A DNA stretch of 64,000 nucleotides from Eledone cirrhosa (GCA_964016885.1 OZ024746.1:96968001-97032000), one strand, 5' to 3'; positions 1 to 12,132 are shown, counted from the stretch's first letter. Made by a program: numbers and translations. The notes: generated by a model not told the origin, from the sequence alone.

Positions 1-118
1 GGTAAAAGGAAAAGAGCCAGGACCCCTACGGCAGAGCTCAAGCCGTTTCGACAGCTATGTCTAGACTGTCCAGAAATAGCTGATGAAACGGCTTGAGCTC
101 TCTTTTCCTTATATATAT

Positions 119-395
119 ATATTGTTATACTTTGGGAGGGTCATGTTGTCAATAAAAACACCCGCACCTTATTATACATTTCCGGTTGGTTGGTTCAATA
201 ACCAGAAGTTCGTTTATATATTGTCAAAGCTTTTTTTGTCACACATTCTGTGACCTCCTCAGGGACTAGGGCAATATATAAACAACCATCCGGTTATTGA
301 ACCAACCAACCAGAAATTTATAATAAATTGGAGTGAAAACCAACAGGTGCGTGTGTTTTTGTTGGCAATGTGACCCTCCCAAAGTATAACAATAT
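119..395. repeat. Long imperfect palindrome
   Basis: atattgttatactttgggagggtca... / ...tgaccctcccaaagtataacaatat; second family member at 25378-25820. Confidence 0.85.
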
Positions 396-1600
396 CTGTT
401 TCAACACATGTATGTATATCATGCATGTATATGTTTATATCAGTGTGGAGAGAACAAAACCAGTATTGTGAGCAAAAATATTGTTCTGTATTTAAGTTTA
501 GCAAAGTTATCTCCCTTTACTCTAAAGATAACTTTGGAAAGAGATCAAGATATATTATCAGGCATGTACTAGATCAGAAAATTTGTATAAAACCATAGAA
601 GGCTGTGCCACATCTTAGGCACAGTCTAATGAGGGAATATTTGGTTATTTGTTTCATCATTCATCATTTCATTTTATGTCCGCTTTTCCCTGCTTGCAAG
701 GGTGGGACAGGAACTGATTCTGGCTTGATTTCTACAGCTGGATGCCCTTCCTAACACCAACCTCAGTGTTTATCAAAAGATATTCCATGGTTTATAAGTG
801 CATATTTCATAATGATGATGATCATCGTTTTCATTATTTAACATGTTTTCCTTGCTAGAAAGTTTTGGATAGATCATCACAGACCAAGTCAGTACTTAAT
901 CAGAGCTTCTGAACTCTACAGAGTGCAGCGGGTGCATTTTATCCTAGCACTAGCATTAGATTGTCATGTCTTTGATGCAATTGAAGAGCTCTCTTGCCCC
1001 ATTGTTTGGCAAGCTTTGTATTTTTTTATGCATTTCCTATCATCAACGATTTTACAGAATGTACAGGGTGCATTTTATTGTGATACCAGCACTGCAGAGG
1101 CTCTGTTTGATGCAATTGAAGAGCCCTCCTGACCCATTGTTTGGCAATTTTTTTAAATTCTTGGATACCTTTTCAATTACCAATCACTTTATAGAGTTGT
1201 TAATCTGCATCAAATATTTTAAATAATCTTTCATGAGATATAGACCACAGTAAAATAGAAAATAAGGATTGAGATGCAAAAATAGGTAACAGAAAATAAC
1301 AATGAAAGATTTAACTGCAAAAATGTACAACAGAAAATTAGATTGTGGAATCAGAGAAAATATAACTGAAAAAATCAATATATTTTATGAAATATTCACA
1401 AGACTGAAGACTTTGAAGCAAACAAAGAAAGCATGCTGGTTAAGTAACAGGCATTTACAAAAGTATGGTTATGATTGCTTTAGGAAGGAATAGGCTATGT
1501 AGCCGGTCCTGGCAAAATAGAGAAACATACTTTTTAAGCTTATTTTACTGGTAATTCCTAACTCTAGTCAGGGTCCTGGAAGCTTATTTTACCACTAAAT

Positions 1601-1820
1601 AATTATTTCTACTTTAGGCACAAAGCCAGCAATTTGAAGGGAAGGGCAAAGTTGATTAAATCGATCCCAGTATGTTACTGGTACTTTATTTTATTGACCT
1701 TGTAAGGATGTAAGGCAAAGCTTACCCTGGCGAGATTTCAACTCAGAATATAAAGGGACGTAACTACATGCCCCAAAGCATATTGTCCAATGCTCTACTG
1801 ATACTCTCAATCCTCTGGCC
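1601..1820 (-). mobile_element. SINE family A
   Basis: Diverged copy; 14-bp TSD ttttaccactaaat (1587-1600, 1821-1834). Confidence 0.85.
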
Positions 1821-2121
1821 TTTTACCACTAAATCATAAATAGTGTTTTAGAAGCCAAGTAGTGACTACTATCATTAACCCAGGTTGTGACTTTCTGCTA
1901 AAATTCTTAAGCCATGGAACTCAGTAAATCTGTGTGTATAACATATGTTATGAATGGACAAAACACAATATATATTAGAAATGTATGTATGGACCCATAA
2001 TTCTTGATGGTGATATAGAGCAGCGGTCGCTAAGATTTTGAACCTCATGGACCACTAAATTCATAATTTTAAATCCCATGGACCACTAATATGAATTAGA
2101 TAAATACATTTGTAAAATAAT

Positions 2122-2305
2122 TGTTTCTACTATTAGCACAAGGCCAGCAATTACCCAGTACATTACTGGTACTTTATTTTATCGACCCCGTAAGGATGAA
2201 AGGCAAAGTTAACCTCGGCGGAATTTGAACTCAGAATGGCAAGGACCGTAACTCTGTGTCAAAGCATGGCGTCCGACTCTCTACCGATACTGCCAATTCA
2301 CCGCC
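2122..2305 (-). mobile_element. tRNA-derived SINE family A
   Basis: Box A/B-like head (TGGCAGTATCGG, GAGTTCAAATTCC), central GCCTTTCATCCTTACGGGGTCGATAAAATAAAGTACC, AGAAACA tail; 13-bp TSD tttgtaaaataat (2109-2121, 2306-2318). Confidence 0.9.
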
Positions 2306-2700
2306 TTTGTAAAATAATGATCAGAGAACTTCTATTTTATTAATATGAAATGCACCTATTAAATATAACAAAATTATAAATTCTTATTTAATTATAACAA
2401 AATTATAAATGCCTATGTAATCATAACAAAATCTTTAAAGTAAATAATGTCCAAATTTTTCTGCAGACCACCAAACTTTTCTATAGGGGAGATGTAGTGA
2501 CCTATGACATTACTTGGACATTTTAAACCTGACAGAGCTCATCACATTTCCAAGCCTGAACAGAGAGAGAGAGTGAGAGAGAAGAAAGTGAGAAAGAGAT
2601 ATAGAGGAAGAATCAACCTCAGTACGGGGCTGGTACTCTTTTTATCAACTTTGAAAATAATTGTTTCTACTTTTGGCACAAGGCCAGCAATTTAGGGGGA

Positions 2701-2751
2701 GAGGAAGTCCTGATGAAAGGTAATGACCCAGAAACATGTTGATTGTTCCTC
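2701..2751 (+). ncRNA. Type I hammerhead ribozyme motif
   Basis: gaggaa-gtc CTGATGA aa ggt-aatg-acc ca GAAAC at GTT|gat-tg-ttcctc; stem I gtc/gat plus gaggaa/ttcctc; palindromic stem III ACATGT; base of stem II imperfect. Confidence 0.65.
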
Positions 2752-2947
2752 AATGCCAATGTTGAACAAACGGATGACGATTTGTCATTGACACGGCACA
2801 GCTTTAATTGGGTCATTTGTTTACAAATGAATTGTAATCATCATCATCATTTTATGTCTACTATTCCTTACTTGCAAGGGTGGAATCGAATATTATTATT
2901 GATATTCAATATAACCCATAGGTACATATGTATATATATATATATAT

Positions 2948-3296
2948 GGAGGCACATGGCTTAGTGGTTAGAGTATTGGCCTTGCAATCGAAAGGTTGTG
3001 AGTTCAATTCTCAGACCAGGTGATGTGTTGTTTCCTTGAGCAAGACACTTTATTTCACATTGCTCCAGTTTACTCAGCTGTAGAAATGAGATAATAGGGA
3101 CTGGGGTCCCTGTCATTCCACTACAAAATGGTCATGAAGGTGCCACGGCAAAAAAGCACCCAGCACTCACTGTAAAAAATGAGGTTGGTGTTAGGAACGG
3201 CATCCAGCTGTAGAAATCAAGCCAGAATCAATGTCCGTCCCACCCTTGCAAGCAGGGAAAAGTGGACGTAAAATGATGATGATGATGATGATGATG

Positions 3297-3297
<1 letters not shown>
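2948..3297 (+). mobile_element. tRNA-derived SINE family B with an RTE-like (ATG)n tail
   Basis: Head GGAGGCACATGGCTTAGTGGTTAGAG...GAGTTCAATTC, CORE-like ccttgagcaagacactt, ggcatccagctgtagaa block, (ATG)n tail; flanked by (TA)n. Confidence 0.9.
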
Positions 3298-3377
<80 letters not shown>

Positions 3378-4111
3378 TATATATGCATACTTACACACAC
3401 AGACACGCACACACACACATATACATGCATAACTTGAACCGTTAAGTTCTTTCCTGGATAGGTCAATATTTATAAAACAAACTTTGTATTTTATCTGATG
3501 AGAGCGTACCAAATTTTTGGTACCCTTAAAATATATATAATAGAATAAATATGGTTTTATAAATATAGTTTCCATTTATTTAATATCATTGAATATTATA
3601 CTCCAGAAAACCTGTCAGGTGCTTTAAATCAGTTATAAACATTTATATTTGTTTGAATTACCAACAAATTGAATATCCCTTTTGCTTATATATATATATA
3701 TATACATGAGGGTGCTCCATTGAAAAGCAGGGATGGGGTTGTACCATCCATTCCTTTGGCAATGGTTCTCATGTTGTCCTACAGTAGATTACTACTCATC
3801 ATAAACATCACACTCCATCTCTTTTCTTTTGATAAAGGAAGTTCTAAGCTCAAAATATCATGAAACATAGAGTAAATATTTAAATTGTTGTCTTATGTTT
3901 TACATTACTCTGCTCTAGTTTTCACTCTTGTATTTCTAGTATATATTGTATCACCTTTTCCAAAAACAATCATAACCACATATCTCACAATGTTTCATAT
4001 AAACTAAACTATTAAAAAATAATGTTTAAAACATTTCCCAAACCGATTGTAAATGTCACCAAATATAGTAAAAATAAAGTTTCATTTAATATATATATAT
4101 TTATTTTGTGA

Positions 4112-4332
4112 AAGCATGTGGCTGAGTGGTTAGAGAATTGGATTTGTAATCATGTGGTTGTGAGTTCAATTCCTGGACTGAGCGGTGTGTTATGTCCTTG
4201 AGCAAGACATTTTATTTCACATTGCTCCTTCTACCTGGAGTTGCAACCGATAGAGAGTATAAACAATTTAAAAGACCAATGGAAACATTGTTTCATCGGT
4301 CCGATTTGACGAAAGTCAATTGACTGTTGATA
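4112..4332 (+). mobile_element. SINE family C (B-like head, different tail)
   Basis: tRNA head and CORE-like block, then ctacctggagttgc...gaccaatggaaacattgtttc; related copies at 16205-16415 and 54880-55052. Confidence 0.7.
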
Positions 4333-4483
4333 TATATATATGTATATATATATATTTATATACATATGCATATATATATATATGAATATATATATATACA
4401 CACACATATATATACATATATATATATTATAAAGTGAAATGACAGGAGGCCAAATATGTTGAATTTTCTTAATTATTTATTTC

Positions 4484-4554
4484 TGCAAACACTATGCACA
4501 TTTCAGTGGCCAGGTTGCATAAGAATCTGGTGACATCATCAGGTGTAAATTGCA
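4484..4554 (-). ncRNA. Type I hammerhead ribozyme motif
   Basis: Minus strand: acac CTGATGA tgtcaccag...ctggccact GAAAT gtgc ATA|gtgt; same family as the 63586-63946 element. Confidence 0.6.
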
Positions 4555-4893
4555 TAATAGATATATACCAATGGAGTGATGGTAAACTTTAAGGAAAAGC
4601 GCAAACCAAAAAACAGAGAAAAGTGTGTTTCTAGGTAAGTACATATATATGTGTGTGTATATATATATATATACATACATATATATATATATGTATATAT
4701 ATCATCATCATCATTATCATCAAGGTTTAGCGTCCGTGTTCCACGCTTGCATGGGTTTGGACGGGGGTTTTCCCCCTTGAGGCAAGAGTGGTTGTCTTGC
4801 TCGCATAGGACTGTCTACATATATATACATATATACCTTGCAAGCAGGGAAAAGTGGACATAAAATGATGATGATGATGTTGATACATATATA

Positions 4894-5282
4894 TCATCAT
4901 CATCATCATCATTTTACGACCGCTTTTCCCTGCTTGCAAGGGTGGGACGGGAACTGATTCTGGCTTGATTTCTACAGCTGGATGCCCTTCCTAACACCAA
5001 CCTCATTTACAGTGAGTGCTGGGTGCTTTTTTTCCGTGGCGCCTACACGTCCACTTTACAGTGTGGGCTGGGTGCTTTTTTGCCATGGTACCTCCACGAC
5101 CACTTTGCAGTGGAATGACATGGACCCTAGTCCTATCATCTCATTTCTACAGCTGAGTGAACTGGAGCAATGTGAAATAAAGTGTCTTGCTCAAGGAAAC
5201 AACACATCACCTGGTTTGAGAATTGAACTCACAACCTTTCGATTGCAAGGCCAATGTTCTAACCACTAAGCCATGTGCCTCC
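4894..5282 (-). mobile_element. SINE family B
   Basis: Full-length, with an internal tandem duplication of the ttacagtg...gtgctttttt unit; head abuts (TA)n. Confidence 0.9.
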
Positions 5283-5304
5283 ATATATATATATATACAT
5301 ATAC

Positions 5305-5336
<32 letters not shown>

Positions 5337-5350
5337 ATATATACATATAC

Positions 5351-5408
<58 letters not shown>

Positions 5409-5421
5409 ATATATATACATT

Positions 5422-5457
<36 letters not shown>

Positions 5458-5776
5458 CATACATATATATATATGTACATATATATACATTTCATTTACT
5501 TTTTATCTCTTTATATTATCTTCCTTTTATTTTTTTATTATTTTATTATTTTTTTTATTATGTTTTAACCATTGTTTGTATTTTTTGCTTTTGTGTGCCA
5601 TCAATTGTATCTGCATCTTGTGAGATCCCCTTGTGCCCCAGCATTTAGCTGTGGTGTTTAACAACCCCAGTATGTACTCTCTCCTTATTCGCTATCTCCG
5701 ATCTCCCTATCTTTGCCCTCTATTGTATTCTGATTGTTCATGTGACTAAGCTTGGTAGAGCTTATACTCAGCACTG

Positions 5777-5836
5777 TTTATTAAGCTCTGAGGAATCCTA
5801 CCAAATGGTATGGATGAAACATTGTAAGCAAATAAA
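5777..5836 (+). ncRNA. Type I hammerhead ribozyme motif (best-formed)
   Basis: tttatt-aa-gct CTGAGGA atcc-tacca-aa-tggta-t-ggat GAAAC att GTA|agc-a-aataaa; all core nucleotides and three helices present. Confidence 0.78.
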
Positions 5837-7171
5837 AACTGTATGTAAGCGTTCTTTGGTTTCTTTTACACACATATATATATATATATACATATATATA
5901 GACACACACACACGCATACATATATATATATATATAAAACATATCCTGGTGTCAGCTATATGCAAATGATAGAAATCTTTTTACACATTTCAACATGTTT
6001 TGCTATTTGCTAGATAAATAAGAAGCCCTTTTAATTAAATTGAGTTGCAAAAATACTTTCTGGTCATTGTTTTAAACATTTAGAAATGGAATATTAATGT
6101 AACATTGAAATGTTTGAATTCAATTATGGGGAATATATATTCTCTTTAATAGAAAAGAACATTGTAGATCTCATAAATAATATATTGTTCACCATTTCTA
6201 AAGATGCAAGTGATAATGTAATACAAGAAAAAGAATCTTAAATGAAGAGATAGTATTAGTGTACAATGAAATGTTGTGAAACTGTGGTTTATGTATTTCA
6301 AGGGAGATAAATGATGAAGAAGAGAGTTTGAAAAACTTTTTATCTGGCATCTCTAAAACATAGTGTATTCATGTGTGTGTGTGTCTGTATTTATGTGTGT
6401 ATGTATGCATGTATGTATGTATGTATGCATGTATATATATATATATGTATTATGTATGTAGTGTATGCATATACACACACACACAAACACATATATACAG
6501 TGTACACCTGACATTTGCGGTCCTGGAATTCACAGACCCAGTTATTTGTGGAATTTTCCTTAGAACCTAACTAATCATTGTTCATGGAAACCACCCCATA
6601 TTCGTGGAATTGTAAATATCTTCTGTGATTTTTTAATGGCTTTTTTCATGGCAATTTATATTTTTTAAATTTTAAATGATTAAAAACAATATATCGTATT
6701 TGCCAGTCTATTCGATGCCCCTCTTCAGATTTTAATCTTTACATTTATTATTAATATATATATATCTGAGTTCGTTCCTCTCTATATATATATCTGTTTT
6801 CGTTCCTCTTTACTCTGTTATAAGACTTGGAAATTTTTTCCCTTGAGCTATTTTGATTATAATTAAGAAAAACTAGAGCTAAACAATATGTTAAAACGCC
6901 ATACAAACTGAAAAGTGGTCAAGAAGGCATTAACCACCTAAGCCAAAAAACAAGTCAAGCTAAACAGATCAAACAAAATAAATTATACATATATATATAT
7001 ATGTAAAAGGTAAACAGAAATAACAACACAATCAGTACAGTATATGGAAGAAATATATTAGGTTAATGCTTGATATAGCAGATACTTGTTAAAAGGTTTG
7101 TATGATAAATATACTAAACATGTACTAAATTACGGACACATATTTTATATAAGGAATCAATATATCTGTTA

Positions 7172-7383
7172 TTAACCCTTTAGCATTTAAACCGGCCATA
7201 TCTGGCCAGAATTCTATCACCTCTTTCTGTTCAAACCGGTCGTAACTTGTTACTCATAATTATGTTAAGGTATTGTTCTCAACATAAATAACATCAAAAT
7301 CTCATAGATTCGATAAGTGAGATATTTTGCCATAAAATACAACAGTATATATATATAGAGTAATGTGAATGCTAAAGGGTTAA
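7172..7383. mobile_element. piggyBac-type MITE (TTAA...TTAA)
   Basis: ttaa-ccctttagcattt ... gctaaaggg-ttaa; about 210 bp; several copies in the window. Confidence 0.85.
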
Positions 7384-7574
7384 TGGTGATTGTTTACTTT
7401 AAAGTTTTGCTGTTTTAAAGCCTCCCTTGCTTCCTATTTTCCTTTTCTTAATCTGCTCCCACTCGCCTTCAATATTTGAAATTTATATTTCATTTATTTG
7501 GCATTTAGTTATTTTTTCTGTTTTTTTTCTTTTTTAATTTTTTTAATTACTTTTATCACTAGCTCTTCTTGATT

Positions 7575-8230
7575 ACCAACTGTAAGGAGTACTCAATACT
7601 TCCCCAAGTCTGTCATGGCTTACTAGCTCTATACAGATGTTTAAATTGATTAAATAAATAAATAAATATTTTATATATATATAACTATAAGAAATCACAG
7701 ATAAATGGATATTTCCGATAGTCTGTCATGGCTTACTAGATCTATACGGACGTCTCTTGTCTCTCAACTGTAAGAAGTACTCAATACTTTCCTAAAGTCT
7801 GTCATGGCTTACTAGCTCTATACGGATGTTTAAATTGAATAAATAAATAAATAAATAGATATTTTATATACCGTATTTCCCGGCAATGAAGACGCTACTT
7901 TTTTCCTAAAATAAGTCTCAAAAATCTACCATGCGTCCTGGAGGCCGAAGGTTGTTTATTATTTTTTTTTAATTTTTGGTTGTCAAAATTAGGGTGCATC
8001 CTTGAGGATGAAGTGTCCAGGAAATATGGTATACAAGTATAAGAAAACACATACTAGTTTCACAGATAAATGGATATTTCCTATGTAAAACTGTAAAAAC
8101 TCGATACTTCTCCTAATCTGTCATGGCTTACTAGTTTTATACGGACGATTAAATAAGATAAATAAACAAATATGTTATATATACAAGTATAAGAAAACAA
8201 TACTAGTTTCACAGGTAAATGGATATTTCC
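7575..8230. repeat. Local tandem array of 4 diverged units
   Basis: tctgtcatggcttactag recurs near 7609, 7722, 7798 and 8117. Confidence 0.75.
7869..8031. mobile_element. Tc1/pogo-type MITE
   Basis: TIR taccgtatttcccgg / ccaggaaatatggta with TA ends; inverted copy at 17945-18300 split by a SINE. Confidence 0.7.
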
Positions 8231-8282
8231 TATGTAAATTTTTAGAAACAATTTTTCTCTACATTTCATATTCTGAACTTAC

Positions 8283-8429
8283 CTTCACGACAACATTTAG
8301 CAAATGTTGCCCGCTTATGGCAATAACTTCCTGGAGGACAAATTTTTTTATCATTGTAACAATAGTATTCCTGGCCCGTCAGGGGGTTGACAAGCGGCAT
8401 GTTCCCATCACAAGGTTCTTCTTCCAGAT
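8283..8429 (-). CDS. AGRN: Agrin-like exon h (6-Cys WR1/lustrin-like module)
   Basis: aacag|AT CTG...GAA G|gtaagt; (D)LEEEPCDGNMPLVNPLTGQEYYCYNDKKICPPGSYCHKRATFAKCCRE; 147 nt, phase 1 to 1. Confidence 0.8.
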
Positions 8430-8526
8430 CTGTTAACAGGATTAATATAACAGAAAATATGCAAATTTATAACAGAATAAACAGAATAAATGAAAGATTA
8501 AAGATATATTAGTTACTTTCGGTTAG

Positions 8527-8691
8527 TGTCCGTTATATCATAATACTTATCACATCACTTATATCATAACACTTATCAGTCCGTTATATCATAACACTTA
8601 TCAGTCCGTTATATCATAACACTTATCACATCACTTATATCATAACACTTATCAGTCCGTTATATCATAACACTTATCACATCACTTATAT
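8527..8691. repeat. Minisatellite (23-25 bp units)
   Basis: Repeated ttatatcataacacttatca with gtccg or catcac spacers. Confidence 0.85.
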
Positions 8692-9522
8692 AAACATTCA
8701 TATATCTGCATCGTTATATAAGGTTTATATTTCTGCCGCTAATTTTCTTCTTTTTTGTTTTCATTACATTTCACCGTAATGTAGTTTATATATAACATCG
8801 TCTTTAGTGTATCATGGATTACTTTACTGATTACAGAAGAGAGTGTAATACAGTCTCTCTTCAGTTTCTGTGGATATTCTCAATTACAATTTTATTTAAC
8901 GTATCATATCGACATGCATATATATTGTGTATAATATACATGCATATATATTTGTGTATAATATACATGCATATATATTGTGTATAATATACATGCATAT
9001 ATATTTGTGTATAATATACACTACACATGCTAGCAAAAAACCCACCTGAAGGGTGGTTTTTTGCTAGTATTTCTAATGAATTACATTATATTTAAAATGA
9101 TCAATGAAGAATTTGGAGGGATTTACTAAAATAATCAATTACTTGTTATTAAAATGGTATTTGTAAAATAACATCACACAAGCCTCTCATATAAAATTGG
9201 GTTCGAAAGATTTCTATTTAAATAGAAACTCTAGAAAATGGGTGGTTTGTTTCATATATATGTCCCCCTTGCTTCTGCTGGACACCACCAGAGGGCATTA
9301 GCCCCGGTGTTTTTTGCATAGCTACATCTTTCTAAATGTTTACTTGTTACCATGTTTCCTTAGTAATACAAAATTTCTATACATATCCGTATACAGCTAT
9401 GCCTGAAGCGAAATTTGAATTCTATTATATATATATATATATATAACAAAGGAATTGTGGTAAGGAACCAGATGGACCATAACGCACCAGAGTACTCAAT
9501 ACTTAGGGTAGTAGAGTGGAAA

Positions 9523-9644
9523 ATAGGAAAAAGTATGACTGCGACGGTAGAGCTCAAGCCGTTTTGCCAGCTATTTCTGGACTAGTCCAGAAATAGCTGT
9601 CGAAACGGCTTGAGCTCTACCGTCGCAGTCATACTTTTTCCTAT
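9523..9644. repeat. Loopless palindrome, 61-bp arms, 2 mismatches
   Basis: Centre ggact|agtcc at 9583/9584; family also at 1-110, 50408-50569 and 31815-31948. Confidence 0.92.
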
Positions 9645-9717
9645 ATATATATATATACACACATATATATAGTAATAATAAATGTGAAGACTAAACTCTG
9701 AAGAGGGCTCGATAAGG

Positions 9718-9753
<36 letters not shown>

Positions 9754-9765
9754 TGTAGAGCAAAT

Positions 9766-9910
9766 ATTATATGTACAGATTAAAGTTTAAGCAAAGAATC
9801 ACTGCTTTCACCCTTTTACAAGATCTTCTGAAACTCAGAAGTTTTCAGAATATCCCATGAGAGTGTGAAAGCAGCGATTCTTTGCTTAAACTTTAATCTG
9901 TACATATAAT
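9766..9910. repeat. Palindrome in a TA tract
   Basis: attatatgtacagattaaagtttaagcaaagaatc / gattctttgcttaaactttaatctgtacatataat; family also near 58987-59160. Confidence 0.85.
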
Positions 9911-9989
9911 ATATATATATTTATGTGTGTTAAGTATTTCTGTGGAAAAGGTAAAGGAAAGAAGAGTGCTCTATGTATAGTACAGAGCT

Positions 9990-10303
9990 ATTTATTTATA
10001 TAATAAACAACACAATATAATTATTCCATTACCCAAGGTTTTGTGAAGTTAGACGATTCTAACAGAAACGTCTGATATCGCTCACCAGATGAAATCTACA
10101 TTATGGATATAAGATATGAAATTAAAATCTATTACAAATGAAAGTGAGGCTGAATTTGTAATAGATTTTAATTTCATGTCTTATATCCATAATGTAGATT
10201 TCATCTGGTGAGCGAAATCTGACGTTTATCTTAGAATCGTCTAACTTCACGAAACCTTGAGTTATGGAATAATTATATTGTGCTGTTTATTACATAAATA
10301 AAT
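9990..10303. repeat. Palindrome, about 150-bp arms, one hammerhead motif per arm
   Basis: Arms meet at attacaaat-gaaagtgaggctga-atttgtaat. Confidence 0.9.
10198..10270 (+). ncRNA. Hammerhead motif with an A6G variant core, right arm of the 9990-10303 palindrome
   Basis: atttcat CTGGTGA...GAAAC cttga GTT|atggaat; mirror copy on the minus strand in the left arm. Confidence 0.5.
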
Positions 10304-10321
10304 TTATATATATATATATAT

Positions 10322-10665
10322 ATCATCATCATCATCATCATCATTTTACGTCCGCTTTTCCCTGCTTGCAAGGGTGGGACGGGAACTGATTCTGGCTTGA
10401 TTTCTACAGCTGGATGCCCTTCCTAACACCAACCTCAGTTACAGTGAGTGCTGGGTGCTTTTTTTGCCGTGGCACCTCCACGACCACTTTACAGTGGAAT
10501 GATATGGACCCCAGTCCCTATCATCTCATTTTTACAGCTGAGTAAACTGGAGCAATGTGAAATAAAGTGTCTTGCTCAAGGAAACAACACATCACTCGGT
10601 CTGAGAATTGAACTCACAATTTTTCGATTGAAAGGCCAATGCTCTAACAACTAAGCCATGTGCCT

Positions 10666-10667
<2 letters not shown>
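10322..10667 (-). mobile_element. SINE family B
   Basis: Full-length; both ends in (TA)n. Confidence 0.9.
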
Positions 10668-10726
<59 letters not shown>

Positions 10727-11043
10727 TATATAATATGATAAATCACATGAATACAACCATTTCACAGTTAAAGGACTAACATTTATTACATAACTGACAT
10801 ATGCTTAGCCAATGAGCAGGTGAGCAATATCATCTGATTGGATCTATCGGAAAACTCAATTTCCAATATCTTTGCGTCAGTACTGTGATAGATTGATCTC
10901 CTCAGAGTTTAGCAATGTTTTCAACTATATATATGAGTGTGTGTGAAGGCACGTGGCCTTGTGGTTAGGGTATTTGGCTCACAATCGTAAGGTCATGAGT
11001 TTGATTTCATCATCAAAAGTTGATATTGACAAATCACACTTAC

Positions 11044-11156
11044 CTTCACAATTTTCCGAAGCTACAGCAGTAATCTCCCGTTGTAGGTAGCAGGACTCTA
11101 ACTTCATCATACAATCATTACCATAGGTTTTCCCATCAGAACCACAAACAATAGAT
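11044..11156 (-). CDS. AGRN: Agrin-like exon g (Kazal half)
   Basis: ttgtag|A TCT ATT...GAA G|gtaagt; SIVCGSDGKTYGNDCMMKLESCYLQREITAVASENCE; phase 2 to 1. Confidence 0.88.
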
Positions 11157-11354
11157 CTACAACAAATATAATATAGAAAATGCAATCATGACTTTTATTT
11201 CTGCAGAAATGATTTTGCAGTCTTGTCCCCGGGGTGCAGTCTTGTCCCCGGGGTGCACCCTAGGCCTCGAAGGGTCTTTGGAGTAATGTTATTCAATAGA
11301 GGGCCTAACTGAGAGATCAGAGAGTCACTCAAGGTGGAGTTGCTACTTCTCCAA

Positions 11355-11600
11355 ATTGAGAAATCACAGCTCTGATTTTATGGGCATGTGCTTTAAAATG
11401 TCTCTAGAAAGAATTGCTAGACAGATTTTACGGGCAAAACCAACCAGGAGGAGACCCAGGGGTAGACCCAGAGCAAGATGGTTGGATAACATCCATGAGC
11501 TTGGCTGCTTCTGACAGGACCTGATAGAAGGAGTGTTTGAGGACTCTGCCCTATGATCTTCTCAGGAAGAAGTGGGAGAAGGAGGGGAAGAAGGAGGAGA
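11355..11600 (+). mobile_element. RTE-like 3' remnant, same family, ending in (GAA)n
   Basis: gggcaaaaccaaccaggaggagacccaggggtagaccc...ggttggataacatccatgagcttgg is the reverse complement of the 36384 family. Confidence 0.7.
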
Positions 11601-11913
11601 AGAAGAAGAAGAAGAAGAAGAAGAAGAAGAAGGAGAAGAAGGAGGTAATTAAATTGGAATATGCAGTTCTCTTCCCTTTTCAGTGATCTTTAACCAGCTC
11701 ATCTTGAATAAAAGACATTACTTACTTTTTTTGATTAATTAAAAAAGAAGAAGAAGAAGAAGAAGAAGAAGAAGAAGAAGAAGAAGAAGAAGAAGGAGAA
11801 GAAGGAGGTAATTAAATTGGAATATGCAGTTCTCTTCCCTTTTCAGTGATCTTTAACCAGCTCATCTTGAATAAAAGACATTACTTACTTTTTTTGATTA
11901 ATTAAAAAAAAAA
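11601..11913. repeat. Exact tandem duplication of about 170 bp including (GAA)n
   Basis: ggaggtaattaaattgg...gattaattaaaaaa occurs twice identically. Confidence 0.88.
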
Positions 11914-12132
11914 ATAATCCAGTATTTGAAGAGATGTAATCATATAGCTACCTACATCATTACTTAGTGTTCAGAACATAACTTAAAATATGTGCAATGT
12001 GTTTGAACACAGAAGAGCCAAACTCCTACAGTCATCACCTCCATCCCTCTGTATTGTGAGCAAATAAGGTCCCACATGCTGGTCACCCCACAGCCCCAGC
12101 GAGGAACATTATATGTAGTTTCTTTCATCAAT

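Noticed and set aside
2948-3020. tRNA gene
   Set aside because: tRNA-like head of SINE B with no complete cloverleaf; it continues into the SINE body.
4982-5269. Recurrent [14 protein letters not shown]...LEQCEIKCLAQGNNT
   Set aside because: Antisense reading of SINE B; the recurrence reflects SINE copies.
5207-5648. Long YIYI/ICIC ORFs here and at 26.1, 34.2, 45.8, 49.3, 52.6, 56.1 and 63.1 kb
   Set aside because: Translations of (TA)n and (CA)n microsatellites, which lack stop codons.
8527-8691. CRISPR-like repeat array
   Set aside because: Spacers are 3-6 nt and themselves repeated; eukaryotic minisatellite; no cas genes.
9030-9067. Rho-independent terminator-like hairpin with a T tract
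   Set aside because: Eukaryotic intron; simply a short inverted repeat.
9790-9890. CAGAAGA-stem-GAAAG in the 9766 palindrome family as a hammerhead
   Set aside because: No pairing NUH triplet after GAAAG; kept only as a palindrome.
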